Part shown: positions 50,493 to 60,775 of the stretch, piece after piece
How the letters are laid out: every line of letters begins with the position of its first letter
Position numbering within the stretch: the first letter of the stretch is position 1
Source: an uncultured Phycisphaerales bacterium
Lineage (GTDB): Bacteria; Planctomycetota; Phycisphaerae; Phycisphaerales; SM1A02
DNA length: 64,000 nt
NCBI GenBank assembly: GCA_938084645.1
Contig: CALKEP010000010.1
Span: 1 to 64,000 of the forward strand
Reading direction: 5' to 3'
The notes under the pieces: generated by a model
What the model saw: the letters and a program-made list of their open reading frames with translations, nothing else
Told to the model about the DNA's origin: nothing
Database searches by the model: none
Program-made: the position numbers and the translations under genes

Positions 50493-51119
50493 TCACTCGT
50501 CGGTGATGACGGAGACCTCCACGCGTCGACTCTTCGACTTCGAAGCGAGGGGGACGTCCGGACCGAAGGTCGCGTAACTGATCGAATCGTCGTTGAAGCC
50601 CTGGCCGTCGAGGAATCGACCGACGGCGTAGGCCCGCTCGAAGCCGAGGTGGTAGTTCGACTTGAAGCCAGACTTCTTGATCGGATCCGTGTCGGTGAAG
50701 CCGGTGATCCGGATCTTCGCGTTCGGGAAGGAACGCCGGACCTCGGTGGCGATGTTCTTCAACGTCGACTGCGCGGCCGTCTTCAGGGTCGTGCGCCCCG
50801 AGTCGAAGAGAACGTCGCCGTCGATGCGAACGATCATCTCGCCGCCCGACTGGAAGACCTCCACGCCGGGGCCGAATGCGTTCGCGACCGGCTGGGCGGC
50901 GTTCTCGTCGGCCTGCGACTTCGCCTCGCCGAGCTCGTACTCGAGCTGCCGTGCGCGGGCTTCCGCGTCATCGAGATTCTGCTGCGTGCTCGCGAGGTTG
51001 TCGCGAAGCTCCCGGTTCTCGTCGAGCAGCGCCTGCTGGTTGGTCTTGTTCCCTGTGTCGCAGCCGGCCATCGAGGTCGCGGCGGCGAGCACACCGATGA
51101 GGAGAAGTCGTCCGTTCAT
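50493..51119 (-). CDS. OmpA/MotB-domain lipoprotein
   Basis: Lipobox MAGC, coiled coil, VLFDSG, ITGFTDTDPI, NYHLGFERA, RRVEV. Confidence 0.9.
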   Translation of the reverse strand: MNGRLLLIGVLAAATSMAGCDTGNKTNQQALLDENRELRDNLASTQQNLDDAEARARQLEYELGEAKSQADENAAQPVANAFGPGVEVFQSGGEMIVRIDGDVLFDSGRTTLKTAAQSTLKNIATEVRRSFPNAKIRITGFTDTDPIKKSGFKSNYHLGFERAYAVGRFLDGQGFNDDSISYATFGPDVPLASKSKSRRVEVSVITDE

Positions 51120-51270
51120 AGTCGTTGAATCCTTCCGTAATCATCTTCTTCGGCAAACCTGGCCGAAGCGTCTTCCTTGACTCGGGGCGGGCGAACGCAG
51201 CCCCATTGGAATCACAATCCGAGCGAATCCGGGTCTTTTCGAATTCCTGCCGGAGTGTATCGCGGGCGGA

Positions 51271-52491
51271 TCAGTTCGGGGGCTGCAGGAGCATCCGCTG
51301 CAGTTCATCCACAAAGGGTCTCGCGACCATCACCAGCACCGTCGCCGCCGCAAGATGCGGCCCGTACGGGAGTTCCCGGGTCGAGCGGCCCCGGAGTGTC
51401 GCCACCAGGCGGGTGACGGCGATCCAGGCCAGGGCGATGAAGGGCGCGAGGAAGAAGATGCGAATCGGATCGATCCAGCCCAGGGCCGCCCCGATCCCCG
51501 CGAGAAGATGCACGTCGCCCATGCCCATCGCCTCCCGCCCGAAGGCGAGGGTTCCGAGGATCCTGATCGCCCAGACCAGGCCCCCGCCGATGAACCAGCC
51601 GAAGGCGGAGGCGCCGAGGACCTCGAGCAGTTCCGGCGGGGAACCCTCGGGCTGGAGGAGGATGTGGATCCCCCACCCGGCGAGCCCCCCGAGCAGGATG
51701 GGGAGCAGGAAGAGGATTTCGATCCCCATCTCCCGACGTCCATGCGGATACTCCGCCAGGACATCGCCCTCCGGAACGTAGTCCTCGTAGTCGGCGAAGC
51801 TGCGTCGGATCCGACCGGTTCGAAGGAGGACGCAGGCGATCAGCGTCCCCGCGGCCGCTCCGAGCGTGATCCAGACGACCGGCCAGGTCGCGAGCGGGAT
51901 CGGAAACGATGCCATCGCCGGCGAGGGCGAGGGAAGCATCGCCTGGAGCGCCCAGCCGGCGAACGCGGCGAGCATCAACGTCGTGGTGATCCCCGCGGGA
52001 ATCAGAAACGTCCGGGCGTCGACGACGGTCGCGGCCACCAGCGCACTCAGCAGGGCGACCATCACGCCGTACGCGGGCCAGGCGGATCCGAAGCCGGCCA
52101 GGGTCCACCAGTCACCGCCGATGTCGGCCACCCACGATCCTCGGAGCGGCCAGAAGAGCACCAGGTAGACCGTGGCGAAGAGCCCCCCCATCAACAGTTC
52201 GACGAGCGGGTACTGGACGCTGATCCGTCCCCGGCAGCGACGACAACGGCCCCGAAGCAGGAGCCAGCCGATGATCGGAAGGTTCTCTCGCCAGGTGAGT
52301 CGCCAGCCGCAGCGCGGGCATCGGCTGGGCGGACTGACCACGCTCCGGCCCGCGGGCAGGCGATACACCACGACGTTGAGAAAACTCCCGACCGACGCCC
52401 CGAACGCGAAGAGGAACAACGCGGTCGCGATCCGCGGTGACCAGATCACGAGCCAGTCGGGCAGCGTGCCCACGAGGGCGAGGAGGGTCAT
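51271..52491 (-). CDS. pilD: Prepilin peptidase (A24)
   Basis: GSFLNVVVYRLP, SRCPRC, ENLPIIGW...CRRC, VDAR and GMGDV catalytic Asp motifs, PYGPHL. Confidence 0.93.
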   Translation of the reverse strand: MTLLALVGTLPDWLVIWSPRIATALFLFAFGASVGSFLNVVVYRLPAGRSVVSPPSRCPRCGWRLTWRENLPIIGWLLLRGRCRRCRGRISVQYPLVELLMGGLFATVYLVLFWPLRGSWVADIGGDWWTLAGFGSAWPAYGVMVALLSALVAATVVDARTFLIPAGITTTLMLAAFAGWALQAMLPSPSPAMASFPIPLATWPVVWITLGAAAGTLIACVLLRTGRIRRSFADYEDYVPEGDVLAEYPHGRREMGIEILFLLPILLGGLAGWGIHILLQPEGSPPELLEVLGASAFGWFIGGGLVWAIRILGTLAFGREAMGMGDVHLLAGIGAALGWIDPIRIFFLAPFIALAWIAVTRLVATLRGRSTRELPYGPHLAAATVLVMVARPFVDELQRMLLQPPN

Positions 52492-52542
52492 TGAAAAGGC
52501 CTTTCCGCGAGTCGACGGTTTTCGTCGCGTCGCCTCATCGAC

Positions 52543-52797
52543 TCAGGCATCCCCGCCCGGTTCCGACGCGTCCGTGTCGAGCTCGACCTCCGCGATCTCG
52601 GTCGCGGCGGCATCGAGAATGGATCGACATCGCGTGAGAAGCGTCCGGCCGCGGCCGTAGGCCTCGAGGCTCTCCTCGAGCGGAATGTCGCCCTCCTCGA
52701 GACGATCGATGATCGATTCCAGTTCCGACGCGGCCTCCTCGAAGCGGAGCGGTTCGCTGGAATCGTCTTCGGCCTGCTTGCGGGTCTTCTTCGCCAT
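52543..52797 (-). CDS. xseB: Exodeoxyribonuclease VII small subunit
   Basis: FEEAASELESII..LE.G.PLEESL.AY.RG..L...C. Confidence 0.93.
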   Translation of the reverse strand: MAKKTRKQAEDDSSEPLRFEEAASELESIIDRLEEGDIPLEESLEAYGRGRTLLTRCRSILDAAATEIAEVELDTDASEPGGDA

Positions 52798-52809
52798 GCT
52801 CGGACTCTA

Positions 52810-54330
52810 TCAGGGTCGGGGATCGGAATCCGAATCCTCCCGGACCCGGTCGACCGTCGCGTCGAACTCGCCCCGGGCGAGCCGCGTGGTGACGTTCATT
52901 CCGGCCGTGAGCCGGGAGGCGTCTCGGATCGGTCGCCCCTGAGGGTCGAGGGTGAGGGAGTAGCCTCGATCGAGGACCTGCTCGGGACCGACGGCTCGGA
53001 GTCGTCGCGCCGCGTGCTCCACGAGCGTGCGGTGGCGTTCAAGCAGTGTGGTCATCGCGCGGTCGAGCCGACGGCCGTCGGATTCGATCCGGTCCATCGC
53101 CATCGTGGCCCGATTCCGCGGAGAGCAGGCCGCAAGTCGCGACTCCGAACGGTCGGTGCGGGTGGTCGCGACGACCAGTCGGGCCCGAAGCGCGACGTCG
53201 AGCCGGGCCTGGAGTTCCTTGGCTCGCCGCAGATGCGGATCGACCAGCCGTTCCGGGCGTCGAATCAACTCATGACGTGCGGATGCCGCGAGCCTCGCGG
53301 CGGCACGCTCGAGCCGCCCGGCGACGAGCATCCGAAGGCGTTCGAGTCGGGAATCGAGGACCCCTCGATGTTCCCGGGCGTCCGGCACCAGGCGCATCGC
53401 GGCCTGGGTGGGCGTCGAGGCGCGGGCGTCCGCCGCGAGCTCGGCGATCGAGGTGTCGGTCTCATGTCCGATCGCGGCGATCAGCGGGACCGGAGGTGGT
53501 CCGCCTCGCCCATGGCGCTCGATCGCCCGCCGCCGCGAGTGGTGGATGGCATCGGCCACCTCGCGTTCGTTGAAACACCAGAGATCCTCGATGCTCCCGC
53601 CGCCACGCGTGAGCACGATGGCGTCCACGCCGAGCGCGGCCGCCTGGTCGCGCGCGGCATGGATCGCCCGAGCGATCCGCGGGGTCGCTGCGGCACCCTG
53701 CACCGGGACGTGATGCAACAGCACCTCGAATCCGGGCCATCGCTGCCGAGCGGTCGCCTCGACGTCCTGGCGAGCGGCCCCGTCCCGACTGGTGATCATC
53801 AGCAGTCGCCGGGGAAACTCGGGCATCGGAAGTCGGGCGGCCGGGTCGAAGTACCCCGCATCCGCGAGCGTCGACTTGAGCCGCTCGAATCGCTGGTGGA
53901 GATCGCCTTCGCCCTCCGCACGCAGTCGACTCACGATGAGGGAGAGACGTCCGCCCCGGTCCCAGTATTCGAGCCGCCCGGTGGCGACCACCATCTGCCC
54001 GAGCGTCGGTGTCGCGCACTCGGGGTCGAGGCGTCGCCGCTGCGCAAAGAACGAACAACTGATCTGGGCGTCCGTGGCGTCCTTCAGTGTGAAGTACCAG
54101 TGGTCGGCGAGCCGGGGGGATCCGACCTCGCCGAGGATGCTGATCTCCCGACCGCCGTCGATCTCCTTCAGCGACCGGTTGAGCAGCGTCACCGCCTCGC
54201 GAACCGAGTACGGTCGAGGCGTCGAAGGCTCGGTCGCCGATTCGGTCGCGTCGGCGTCGTTCCCCGCGGATTGCACGAACAGCATCGCGTCGGTGATCGA
54301 TCGTCGGCCTTTCGGGGGTCTCGGTGCCAC
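52810..54330 (-). CDS. xseA: Exodeoxyribonuclease VII large subunit
   Basis: GEV...HWYFTLKD, ITSRDGAA, PVQG, RGGGSIEDLWCFN, AIGHETD, TPTQAA, LDRGYS. Confidence 0.95.
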   Translation of the reverse strand: MAPRPPKGRRSITDAMLFVQSAGNDADATESATEPSTPRPYSVREAVTLLNRSLKEIDGGREISILGEVGSPRLADHWYFTLKDATDAQISCSFFAQRRRLDPECATPTLGQMVVATGRLEYWDRGGRLSLIVSRLRAEGEGDLHQRFERLKSTLADAGYFDPAARLPMPEFPRRLLMITSRDGAARQDVEATARQRWPGFEVLLHHVPVQGAAATPRIARAIHAARDQAAALGVDAIVLTRGGGSIEDLWCFNEREVADAIHHSRRRAIERHGRGGPPPVPLIAAIGHETDTSIAELAADARASTPTQAAMRLVPDAREHRGVLDSRLERLRMLVAGRLERAAARLAASARHELIRRPERLVDPHLRRAKELQARLDVALRARLVVATTRTDRSESRLAACSPRNRATMAMDRIESDGRRLDRAMTTLLERHRTLVEHAARRLRAVGPEQVLDRGYSLTLDPQGRPIRDASRLTAGMNVTTRLARGEFDATVDRVREDSDSDPRP

Positions 54331-54374
54331 GGACGTATGCTACGTCTCCGACCCGAGCCGCACCGGATTCCGAA

Positions 54375-56486
54375 ATGACCGACGTTCCAGCGATCCAGAT
54401 CGACGACGCGATCGAAGCCGTACCCGGTGTGGGCCCGAGGACCGCCGCGATCCTGCAGCGGCTCGCCATCGGCACGGTCGGCGATCTCCTCGATCACGTC
54501 CCCATCCGCTACGAGCAGGAGCATGCCGAAGCCTCGATCGCCGAGGTGGATGCTTCCATTCCGGAAGAGGACGGGACGACCGCGAACGTCGCGGTCCGCG
54601 GGGAGATCGCGGCGATCAAGATCCCGCCCGGGCGTCGTCCGAGGATCGAGGCGACCCTCGAGGACGCCTCCGGCCGAATCCAGCTCGTGTGGTTCAACGC
54701 CCCCTGGCTTCGGAACAAGCTCCGGCCGGGCATGTCGCTCGTCGCCGAAGGCCGCGCGAAGCGGTACCGCGGCTACCTCCAGCTCGCGAACCCCCAGTGG
54801 CGGACGGTGGACGAGGCCGAAGACCTCCCCGCCCGGGACGCCCGCCTTCGGCCGGTCTACGCCGCCAGCGAGGATCTCCCCAGCCGGCGGATCGAGGAGT
54901 ACATCGATCGGATCCTCGAACCGGCGACCACGGGGATGGAGGATCCCCTGCCCGAACGGTTCCGGCATGCGCGGGCCCTCCGGCCCCTCGGCGAGGCGTA
55001 TCGCGCCATCCACCGTCCCGATTCCCGTCGGGATGCCGACGACGGCCGACGACGGCTCGCCTACGACGAACTCTTCCTGCTCCAGCTCGGCGTCATGATG
55101 AAGCGCCGACATCTCCGCTCGACCCTCACCGCCGCCGCCCTCGAGACGACGCCGGACATCAACGCTCGGATCCGCGATCGATTCCCCTTCGAGTTGACGC
55201 CGGATCAGGTCCGGGTCTGCGCGGAGATCGGCAACGATCTGGCGCGAAGCATCCCGACCAATCGACTCTTGCAGGGCGACGTGGGTGCGGGGAAGACCGC
55301 GGTCGCGGTGCACGCGATGCTGCTCGCCGCCGCCCACGGTCATCAGGCGGCGTTGATGGCACCGACCTCGATTCTCGCGGAACAACACCACGCGTCGATC
55401 GGGCGAATGCTCGAAGGCGCCTCGCTCGAGATCGGGCTTCTGACCGGCTCCACGCCGCCCGCGGAGAAGCGTGCGCTGCTCGAGCGGATCGCCGATGGAA
55501 GCCAGCGGCTCCTCGTCGGCACCCACGCCCTCCTTTCGGAGCGGACCGAATTCGCGGATCTCGCGTTGGTCATCATCGACGAGCAACACCGGTTCGGGGT
55601 CGAGCAGCGATCGCGGCTTCGTCGACCCAATCGGGATGGTCGGGTCCCCCACGTGCTCGTCATGACCGCGACGCCGATTCCAAGGACCCTCTCGCTGACC
55701 GTCTTCGGCGACCTCGACGTCTCCGCGATCCGGGAACTGCCTCCCGGACGATCGCCGACCGTGACCAGGGTGGTCGTGCCGGGCAAGGCGCCGGACGTCT
55801 ACGGATTCCTCGCCGATCGCGTCGCGGCGGGCGAACAGGGATTCGTGGTGGTACCGGCGGTCGAGGAATCCGACGCGGGACTGGCCGACGTCGAGAACCA
55901 CCGCGCGATGCTCGAAGCCGGTCCCCTCGCGGGCCTCCGACTCGCCGGGGTGCACGGACGGATGAAGCCGGATGAACGGGAAGCGGTGATGAACCGGTTC
56001 CGGGCCGGGGAGATCGACGTCCTCGTCGCCACCGTGGTCATCGAAGTCGGGGTCGACGTCCCGAACGCCACGGTGATGGTGATCGAGCATGCGGAGCGAT
56101 TCGGGCTCGCCCAGCTCCATCAGCTTCGCGGCCGGGTCGGACGAGGATCCGCCCGTGGCGTCTGCGCCCTGATCGGCGAGCCGACGACCGAAGAGGGCCG
56201 GCGCCGTCTGGAGGCGATCGCCTCGACCGACGACGGATTCGAGATCGCCGAACTCGACCTCGGCATCCGCGGCCCCGGCGAACTCTTCGGTGCTCGACAG
56301 TCGGGGCTTCCTCCCTTCCGAGTCGCGGACCTGCTGGCCGATCTCGATCTTCTCCGCATCGCACGCGAGGACGCCTCGAGCTGGATCGAAGATGACCCGC
56401 GCCTGCTGGGGCCGGATGCGATGGAGATCCGGCGACGCCTGCTCGAGCGATACGGCGCGACACTCGGTCTCGGTGACGTCGGGTGA
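54375..56486 (+). CDS. recG: ATP-dependent DNA helicase RecG
   Basis: RLLQGDVGAGKT, MAPT.ILAEQH, IIDEQHRFG, MTATPIPRTL, QLHQLRGRVGRG, RGPGE. Confidence 0.96.
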   Translation: MTDVPAIQIDDAIEAVPGVGPRTAAILQRLAIGTVGDLLDHVPIRYEQEHAEASIAEVDASIPEEDGTTANVAVRGEIAAIKIPPGRRPRIEATLEDASGRIQLVWFNAPWLRNKLRPGMSLVAEGRAKRYRGYLQLANPQWRTVDEAEDLPARDARLRPVYAASEDLPSRRIEEYIDRILEPATTGMEDPLPERFRHARALRPLGEAYRAIHRPDSRRDADDGRRRLAYDELFLLQLGVMMKRRHLRSTLTAAALETTPDINARIRDRFPFELTPDQVRVCAEIGNDLARSIPTNRLLQGDVGAGKTAVAVHAMLLAAAHGHQAALMAPTSILAEQHHASIGRMLEGASLEIGLLTGSTPPAEKRALLERIADGSQRLLVGTHALLSERTEFADLALVIIDEQHRFGVEQRSRLRRPNRDGRVPHVLVMTATPIPRTLSLTVFGDLDVSAIRELPPGRSPTVTRVVVPGKAPDVYGFLADRVAAGEQGFVVVPAVEESDAGLADVENHRAMLEAGPLAGLRLAGVHGRMKPDEREAVMNRFRAGEIDVLVATVVIEVGVDVPNATVMVIEHAERFGLAQLHQLRGRVGRGSARGVCALIGEPTTEEGRRRLEAIASTDDGFEIAELDLGIRGPGELFGARQSGLPPFRVADLLADLDLLRIAREDASSWIEDDPRLLGPDAMEIRRRLLERYGATLGLGDVG

Positions 56487-56512
56487 CCGGTGCGACCCCG
56501 TAGGATGCCCGC

Positions 56513-58267
56513 ATGAGCACCAACGAGGACATCGGGGCCATCTTCGAGGAGATGGCGACGCTTCTGGAACTGACCGGGGCGAACGGATTTCGCGTCAACG
56601 CCCACACCAAGGTGGCCCGCGTCGTCGAAGGCCTTGCTTCGAATCTCGCCGACATCGCCCGCGGCGAGCAGGCCCTGGCCGCCCTCCAGAAGATCGACGG
56701 CATCGGCAAGTCGAGCGCCGAGAAGATCGTCGCGTTCGTGGAGACGGGGAAGGTGGCGGAACTCGACGCCCTGCGGGCCGAGGTTCCCGACGGCCTCCGG
56801 GCGGTCATGCAGGTCCCCGGCCTCGGACCGAAGACGGTTCGCCGATTCTGGCAGGAGGCGTCGGTGGAATCGCTGGCGGATCTCGAAGCGGCGCTGGATG
56901 ACGGTCGTCTCGAGGCCCTGCCCCGGATGGGCCGGAAGACCCTCGACAACATCCGCGCGTCGGTCGACTTCATGAAGTCGGCCGGAGATCGGCGACGACT
57001 GGGCGACGCGCTTCCGCTCGCGGAGCGGGTGGTGAGGGTGATGGAGGCGTTGCCGGGCATGCGCCGCGTCGCCTGGGCGGGAAGCCTGCGTCGAGGCCAG
57101 GAGACCATCGGCGACGTCGACATCCTCGTCAGCACCGACGACCCCGACGCGGCGAGCGCCGCGTTTCGGGAGCAGCCCGGGGTGAGCCGGGTGCTCGTCG
57201 CGGGCGAGACCAAGTCCTCGGTCCGACTCGAAGAGGGCATCCAGGTCGATCTCCGGGTCGTGCCGGAGGAGGTCTGGGGGGCGACGCTGCTGTATTTCAC
57301 CGGCAGCAAGGATCACAACGTCGCGCTTCGGGAACGGGCGATCGCCCGGGGACTGCGGCTCAACGAATACGGCCTCTTTCCGGAGGACGACGAGGCGACG
57401 CCGCCCCAGCAGCGCGGAATCGCGCCCGTGGCGGCCTCGACCGAGGCCGAGATCTACGAAGCCCTCGAACTCCCGTGGATTCCGCCCGAACTCCGGGTGG
57501 ATCGCGACGAATTCGACCGACCGATTCCCGATGACCTGATCACGGTCGAGGCGATCCGGGCCGAACTCCACAGTCACACCACCGCGAGCGACGGCAAGCT
57601 CTCGATCGACGAACTCGCCGCCGCGGCGATGGCCGGCGGTCGTGAGATCCTGGCGATCACCGATCACTCCCGATCCAGCGCTCAGGCCAACGGACTCGAC
57701 GTCGAACGCCTTCGTCGCCACGCGGAGGCGATTCGCGAGGCCGATGCGCGGATCGACGGCATCCGTCTGCTCGCGGGCAGCGAGGTCGACATCCACGCCG
57801 ACGGTTCGCTCGACTACGACGACGACGTCCTCGCGATGCTCGACGTGGTGGTCGCGAGCCCGCATGCGTCGCTCCGGCAGGAGCCCGCGGTCGCCACCGC
57901 CCGCCTCTGCGCCGCCGCCCGACATCCGCTGGTGTCGATCATCGGTCACCCGACCGGACGAATCATCGGCAGTCGCAAGGGGCTCGAGCCCGACATCGAA
58001 GCGGTCATCGCCGCGGCCATCGAGGGCGGAACGGCCCTCGAGATCAATTCGAATCCGCTCCGGCTGGATCTCCGCGACATCCACGTGCGGGCCGCGGTCG
58101 ACGCGGGGTGCCTGATCTCGATCAACACCGACGCGCACCGCGCGGAGCATCTGGAATTCATCCGGTACGGCGTGCTCACCGGTCGCCGAGGCCGGCTCGA
58201 GGCCGAAGGCTGCATCAACGCGTGGGCACCGGACCGGTTGCTCGCCTGGCTCGCCCGGAATCGCTGA
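56513..58267 (+). CDS. polX: DNA polymerase X with PHP 3'-5' exonuclease domain
   Basis: HhH IDGIGK and VPGLGPK, GSLRR..ETIGDVDIL, VDLR, YFTGSK.HN, LHSHT, TDHS, GHPTGR, NTDAH. Confidence 0.95.
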   Translation: MSTNEDIGAIFEEMATLLELTGANGFRVNAHTKVARVVEGLASNLADIARGEQALAALQKIDGIGKSSAEKIVAFVETGKVAELDALRAEVPDGLRAVMQVPGLGPKTVRRFWQEASVESLADLEAALDDGRLEALPRMGRKTLDNIRASVDFMKSAGDRRRLGDALPLAERVVRVMEALPGMRRVAWAGSLRRGQETIGDVDILVSTDDPDAASAAFREQPGVSRVLVAGETKSSVRLEEGIQVDLRVVPEEVWGATLLYFTGSKDHNVALRERAIARGLRLNEYGLFPEDDEATPPQQRGIAPVAASTEAEIYEALELPWIPPELRVDRDEFDRPIPDDLITVEAIRAELHSHTTASDGKLSIDELAAAAMAGGREILAITDHSRSSAQANGLDVERLRRHAEAIREADARIDGIRLLAGSEVDIHADGSLDYDDDVLAMLDVVVASPHASLRQEPAVATARLCAAARHPLVSIIGHPTGRIIGSRKGLEPDIEAVIAAAIEGGTALEINSNPLRLDLRDIHVRAAVDAGCLISINTDAHRAEHLEFIRYGVLTGRRGRLEAEGCINAWAPDRLLAWLARNR

Positions 58268-58321
58268 CGCGACGAACGGCCGGCGACGCGTGCGACGCCG
58301 ACCGTTCGCCGCGTGGCGAGG

Positions 58322-58906
58322 TCATCCCTTCGAGTTCTTCGCGTTCCGGGTCCCCTGCTTGGTGACCTCGGCCTCGCCGCTCCACGCATCGAGACTCTGC
58401 GCCGCGTTCACCAGGTTGAGCTGGAAGACGAAGCTGGACTGCTTGGTGGAGCCCGCGGAGGTCCGGATCTCGAGGATCTTCCCGTTGATCACGAAGTAGG
58501 GAAGCCGCGGCGCGTCGTCGCCCGCCTTGAAGTCCTCGTAGTCGGCCACCTCGTTCGCCCGGGCGTCGCTGCTGGCGAACGCGACCTTGCCGGACTGCTG
58601 CAGCGCGATCTTGATCTTCTGGGTGAGCAGGTCGGTGTCGACGCGCTGGGTCGTGTCGTTGATGACGCGAGTGACTTCGACCCGCGCCGGCTTCACCGGC
58701 GCGCTGTCGAGCGCACCACTGGCGAAGAGCTGCTGGAGGACCTGGTCGGCGGCGTTCGACCAGTCCTGGACGTCGATCTGGTCGATCGACACGATCTTGT
58801 CGCGATCATCCGTGACCACCCGGGCGTTCTGCTGGCAGCCGACGCCGCCGAGGGTGCCGATGGCGAGGGTGATGACGAGCGGGGATGTGGAGAGGAAGTG
58901 ATTCAT
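58322..58906 (-). CDS. LpoB-like lipoprotein
   Basis: Lipobox GVGC; VINDTTQRVDTDLLTQKI..AL.QSGK; FQLNLVN...WS; YcfL neighbour. Confidence 0.75.
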   Translation of the reverse strand: MNHFLSTSPLVITLAIGTLGGVGCQQNARVVTDDRDKIVSIDQIDVQDWSNAADQVLQQLFASGALDSAPVKPARVEVTRVINDTTQRVDTDLLTQKIKIALQQSGKVAFASSDARANEVADYEDFKAGDDAPRLPYFVINGKILEIRTSAGSTKQSSFVFQLNLVNAAQSLDAWSGEAEVTKQGTRNAKNSKG

Positions 58907-58925
58907 GGTTGGCTCCGAAGCCGGT

Positions 58926-59303
58926 TCAGTCGGCGTTGGTGAGAGTCAGGCGGAAATCGGCGGCACGAGGATCGGTCGCGGTCGCGGTGATCGTGACGAA
59001 CGCGCCGGCGGGCACCTGTTCCTGGCGGAATCCGGTGGTCGGCCCGAAGAGCATTCGGCCGTCGGCGTCGAGGAACTCGAACTTGTAGTCGAAACGGGTG
59101 TCGAAGGGCAGGGTGTTCTCCACCTCGACGTCGATTCGAAGCAGGTCGTCGCTCACCTCGGTCTCCCGCACCACGCGGATGTTCGCATGGGTCGAGAGCC
59201 AGCCATCCTTGCGGATCCGCTGGTTCGACGTGACGGTGTTCGCGTAGCACCCGGAGAACATCAGGACCGCGAGGGCGGTCAGCAGGCGGGGCGTGAATTT
59301 CAT
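58926..59303 (-). CDS. YcfL/DUF1425-like lipoprotein
   Basis: Lipobox FSGC; YKFEFLDADG...ATDPRAADFRL. Confidence 0.75.
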   Translation of the reverse strand: MKFTPRLLTALAVLMFSGCYANTVTSNQRIRKDGWLSTHANIRVVRETEVSDDLLRIDVEVENTLPFDTRFDYKFEFLDADGRMLFGPTTGFRQEQVPAGAFVTITATATDPRAADFRLTLTNAD

Positions 59304-60775
59304 CGGAACGGTCCTTTCAACGGAGGAACGAGGGCGACGGGATCGTCGGATGCGGGCGATGCGGGCTCGCCCGTGAGTCTGAAGGAATGGACGATGGCGG
59401 GGCCACCGCTTCGAACGCTTCGCATGACGATCATGCTGTCGCGATCCGCGGGGACGTCGATCTCGTGCGTCCCGACGTCGCCGTCGATCACGACCCGCCC
59501 ATCGGCGGGCGTCGGGATCCTCGCCACGGCGTAGTACCGGGGCAGCGTCCGCCAGGTTCGAAGGTCGGCGATGGTCGTCGCGTATCCGTAGACGTTGGTC
59601 GCCACCATCGTGGCCAGCAGCGCCCAGCCGTTGTCGGTCTGCTGCGCCGCCAGGTTCGCCGCGAGCGAGGCCGCCGCCTTCGCGACCGCCGATGCGATCG
59701 CGCGGCCGGTGATCAGCGGCAGTTGGGCCTGGAATTCGTGCGCAACGACGCTGCCCATGTCGCAGACCACGGCGGTGTTCACGGTGACCTCGCCGCCGCG
59801 GACCCGCGCGCCGGTGGCCGCCCCACCGACCTGGACGAGCTTCGGCAGCGCGATGCCGATGAACGGCATCTCGGGGATGAACGCCGGGATTCGGAAGGAG
59901 ACCTCTTCGCGGCGGGGGGCGAAGCCGCTTTCGAGAATGACCCAGGTCTGGGGGGAACGGATGCCCGATTCGATGAAGGACAGATCCGAGTCCACCGCCG
60001 GGTTGTCACCGAGGGTACCTCGGACCCGCCGGAGCAGATCGATCGATCGGTTTCGATCGCCGGAGCCGCTCCCGTCGACGTGGAGCAGCACCGCGGTGAG
60101 CCAGTCCGTGAAGGGGATGGTCCAACCCGCGTAGGGCTTGAAGCGGGCTTCCAGGTCGCCGTAGGCCGCGTCGAAGCCTGATTGAAACTCCGGATCCTCC
60201 TGGATCCGGGCGAGGTCGTCGTGCTCCTGCTCCATCTGGGCTCGGGCCGCTTCGATCTGCTCCGCGAACCGGGCCTCCGCATCCTCCTGGGCGAATTGGG
60301 CTCGCTTGAGTTCCACCCGGGCGGAATCGGGATCACCCGACGCCAGCGCGTCGAGGGCTCGCAGGGTGGCGCACATCACCCGGTCGTACGACGTCCCGAG
60401 GTAGTCGAGCGCGCGTTCGTTCACCGCGACCGCGGCGAGCGTGTCGACGAAGGTCGGCGAACCGGGATCCGCGGTTCGCTTCATCGCGTCCCAGGCCCGA
60501 CCGAGGGTGGCGTCGCTCGCCGCATGTCGACCGGCGATCCGCTGGACCGTCCCCAGTTCGAGCGCGTCGATGATCTCGTTCCGTTCGGTGTCGTCGCTCG
60601 CCATGCGAGCCGCCGACGTGACGGCATCGTCCCAACGCCCGGCCTCGAGATCGGCGAGGTAGCCACTGGCGCGATCGTTGTGATTCGCACATCCTGCGAA
60701 TCCACCGAGCACGGCGATCACCGCGGCATGGATCGCCGCGTCGCGGATTCGTCGAATCGATCGACCTCGGGTCAC
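59300..60775 (-). CDS. COG3014-like TPR lipoprotein
   Basis: Lipobox FAGC; VNER..DY.G..YD.VM, ARVELKRA, ADLRTWRTLP; GTGA and ATGA overlaps with neighbours. Confidence 0.78.
   Translation of the reverse strand: MTRGRSIRRIRDAAIHAAVIAVLGGFAGCANHNDRASGYLADLEAGRWDDAVTSAARMASDDTERNEIIDALELGTVQRIAGRHAASDATLGRAWDAMKRTADPGSPTFVDTLAAVAVNERALDYLGTSYDRVMCATLRALDALASGDPDSARVELKRAQFAQEDAEARFAEQIEAARAQMEQEHDDLARIQEDPEFQSGFDAAYGDLEARFKPYAGWTIPFTDWLTAVLLHVDGSGSGDRNRSIDLLRRVRGTLGDNPAVDSDLSFIESGIRSPQTWVILESGFAPRREEVSFRIPAFIPEMPFIGIALPKLVQVGGAATGARVRGGEVTVNTAVVCDMGSVVAHEFQAQLPLITGRAIASAVAKAAASLAANLAAQQTDNGWALLATMVATNVYGYATTIADLRTWRTLPRYYAVARIPTPADGRVVIDGDVGTHEIDVPADRDSMIVMRSVRSGGPAIVHSFRLTGEPASPASDDPVALVPPLKGPFR

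Noticed and set aside
56513..58267. PolX as a catalytically dead variant
   Set aside because: GDVD and the third Asp (VDLR) are intact, as are the PHP metal ligands
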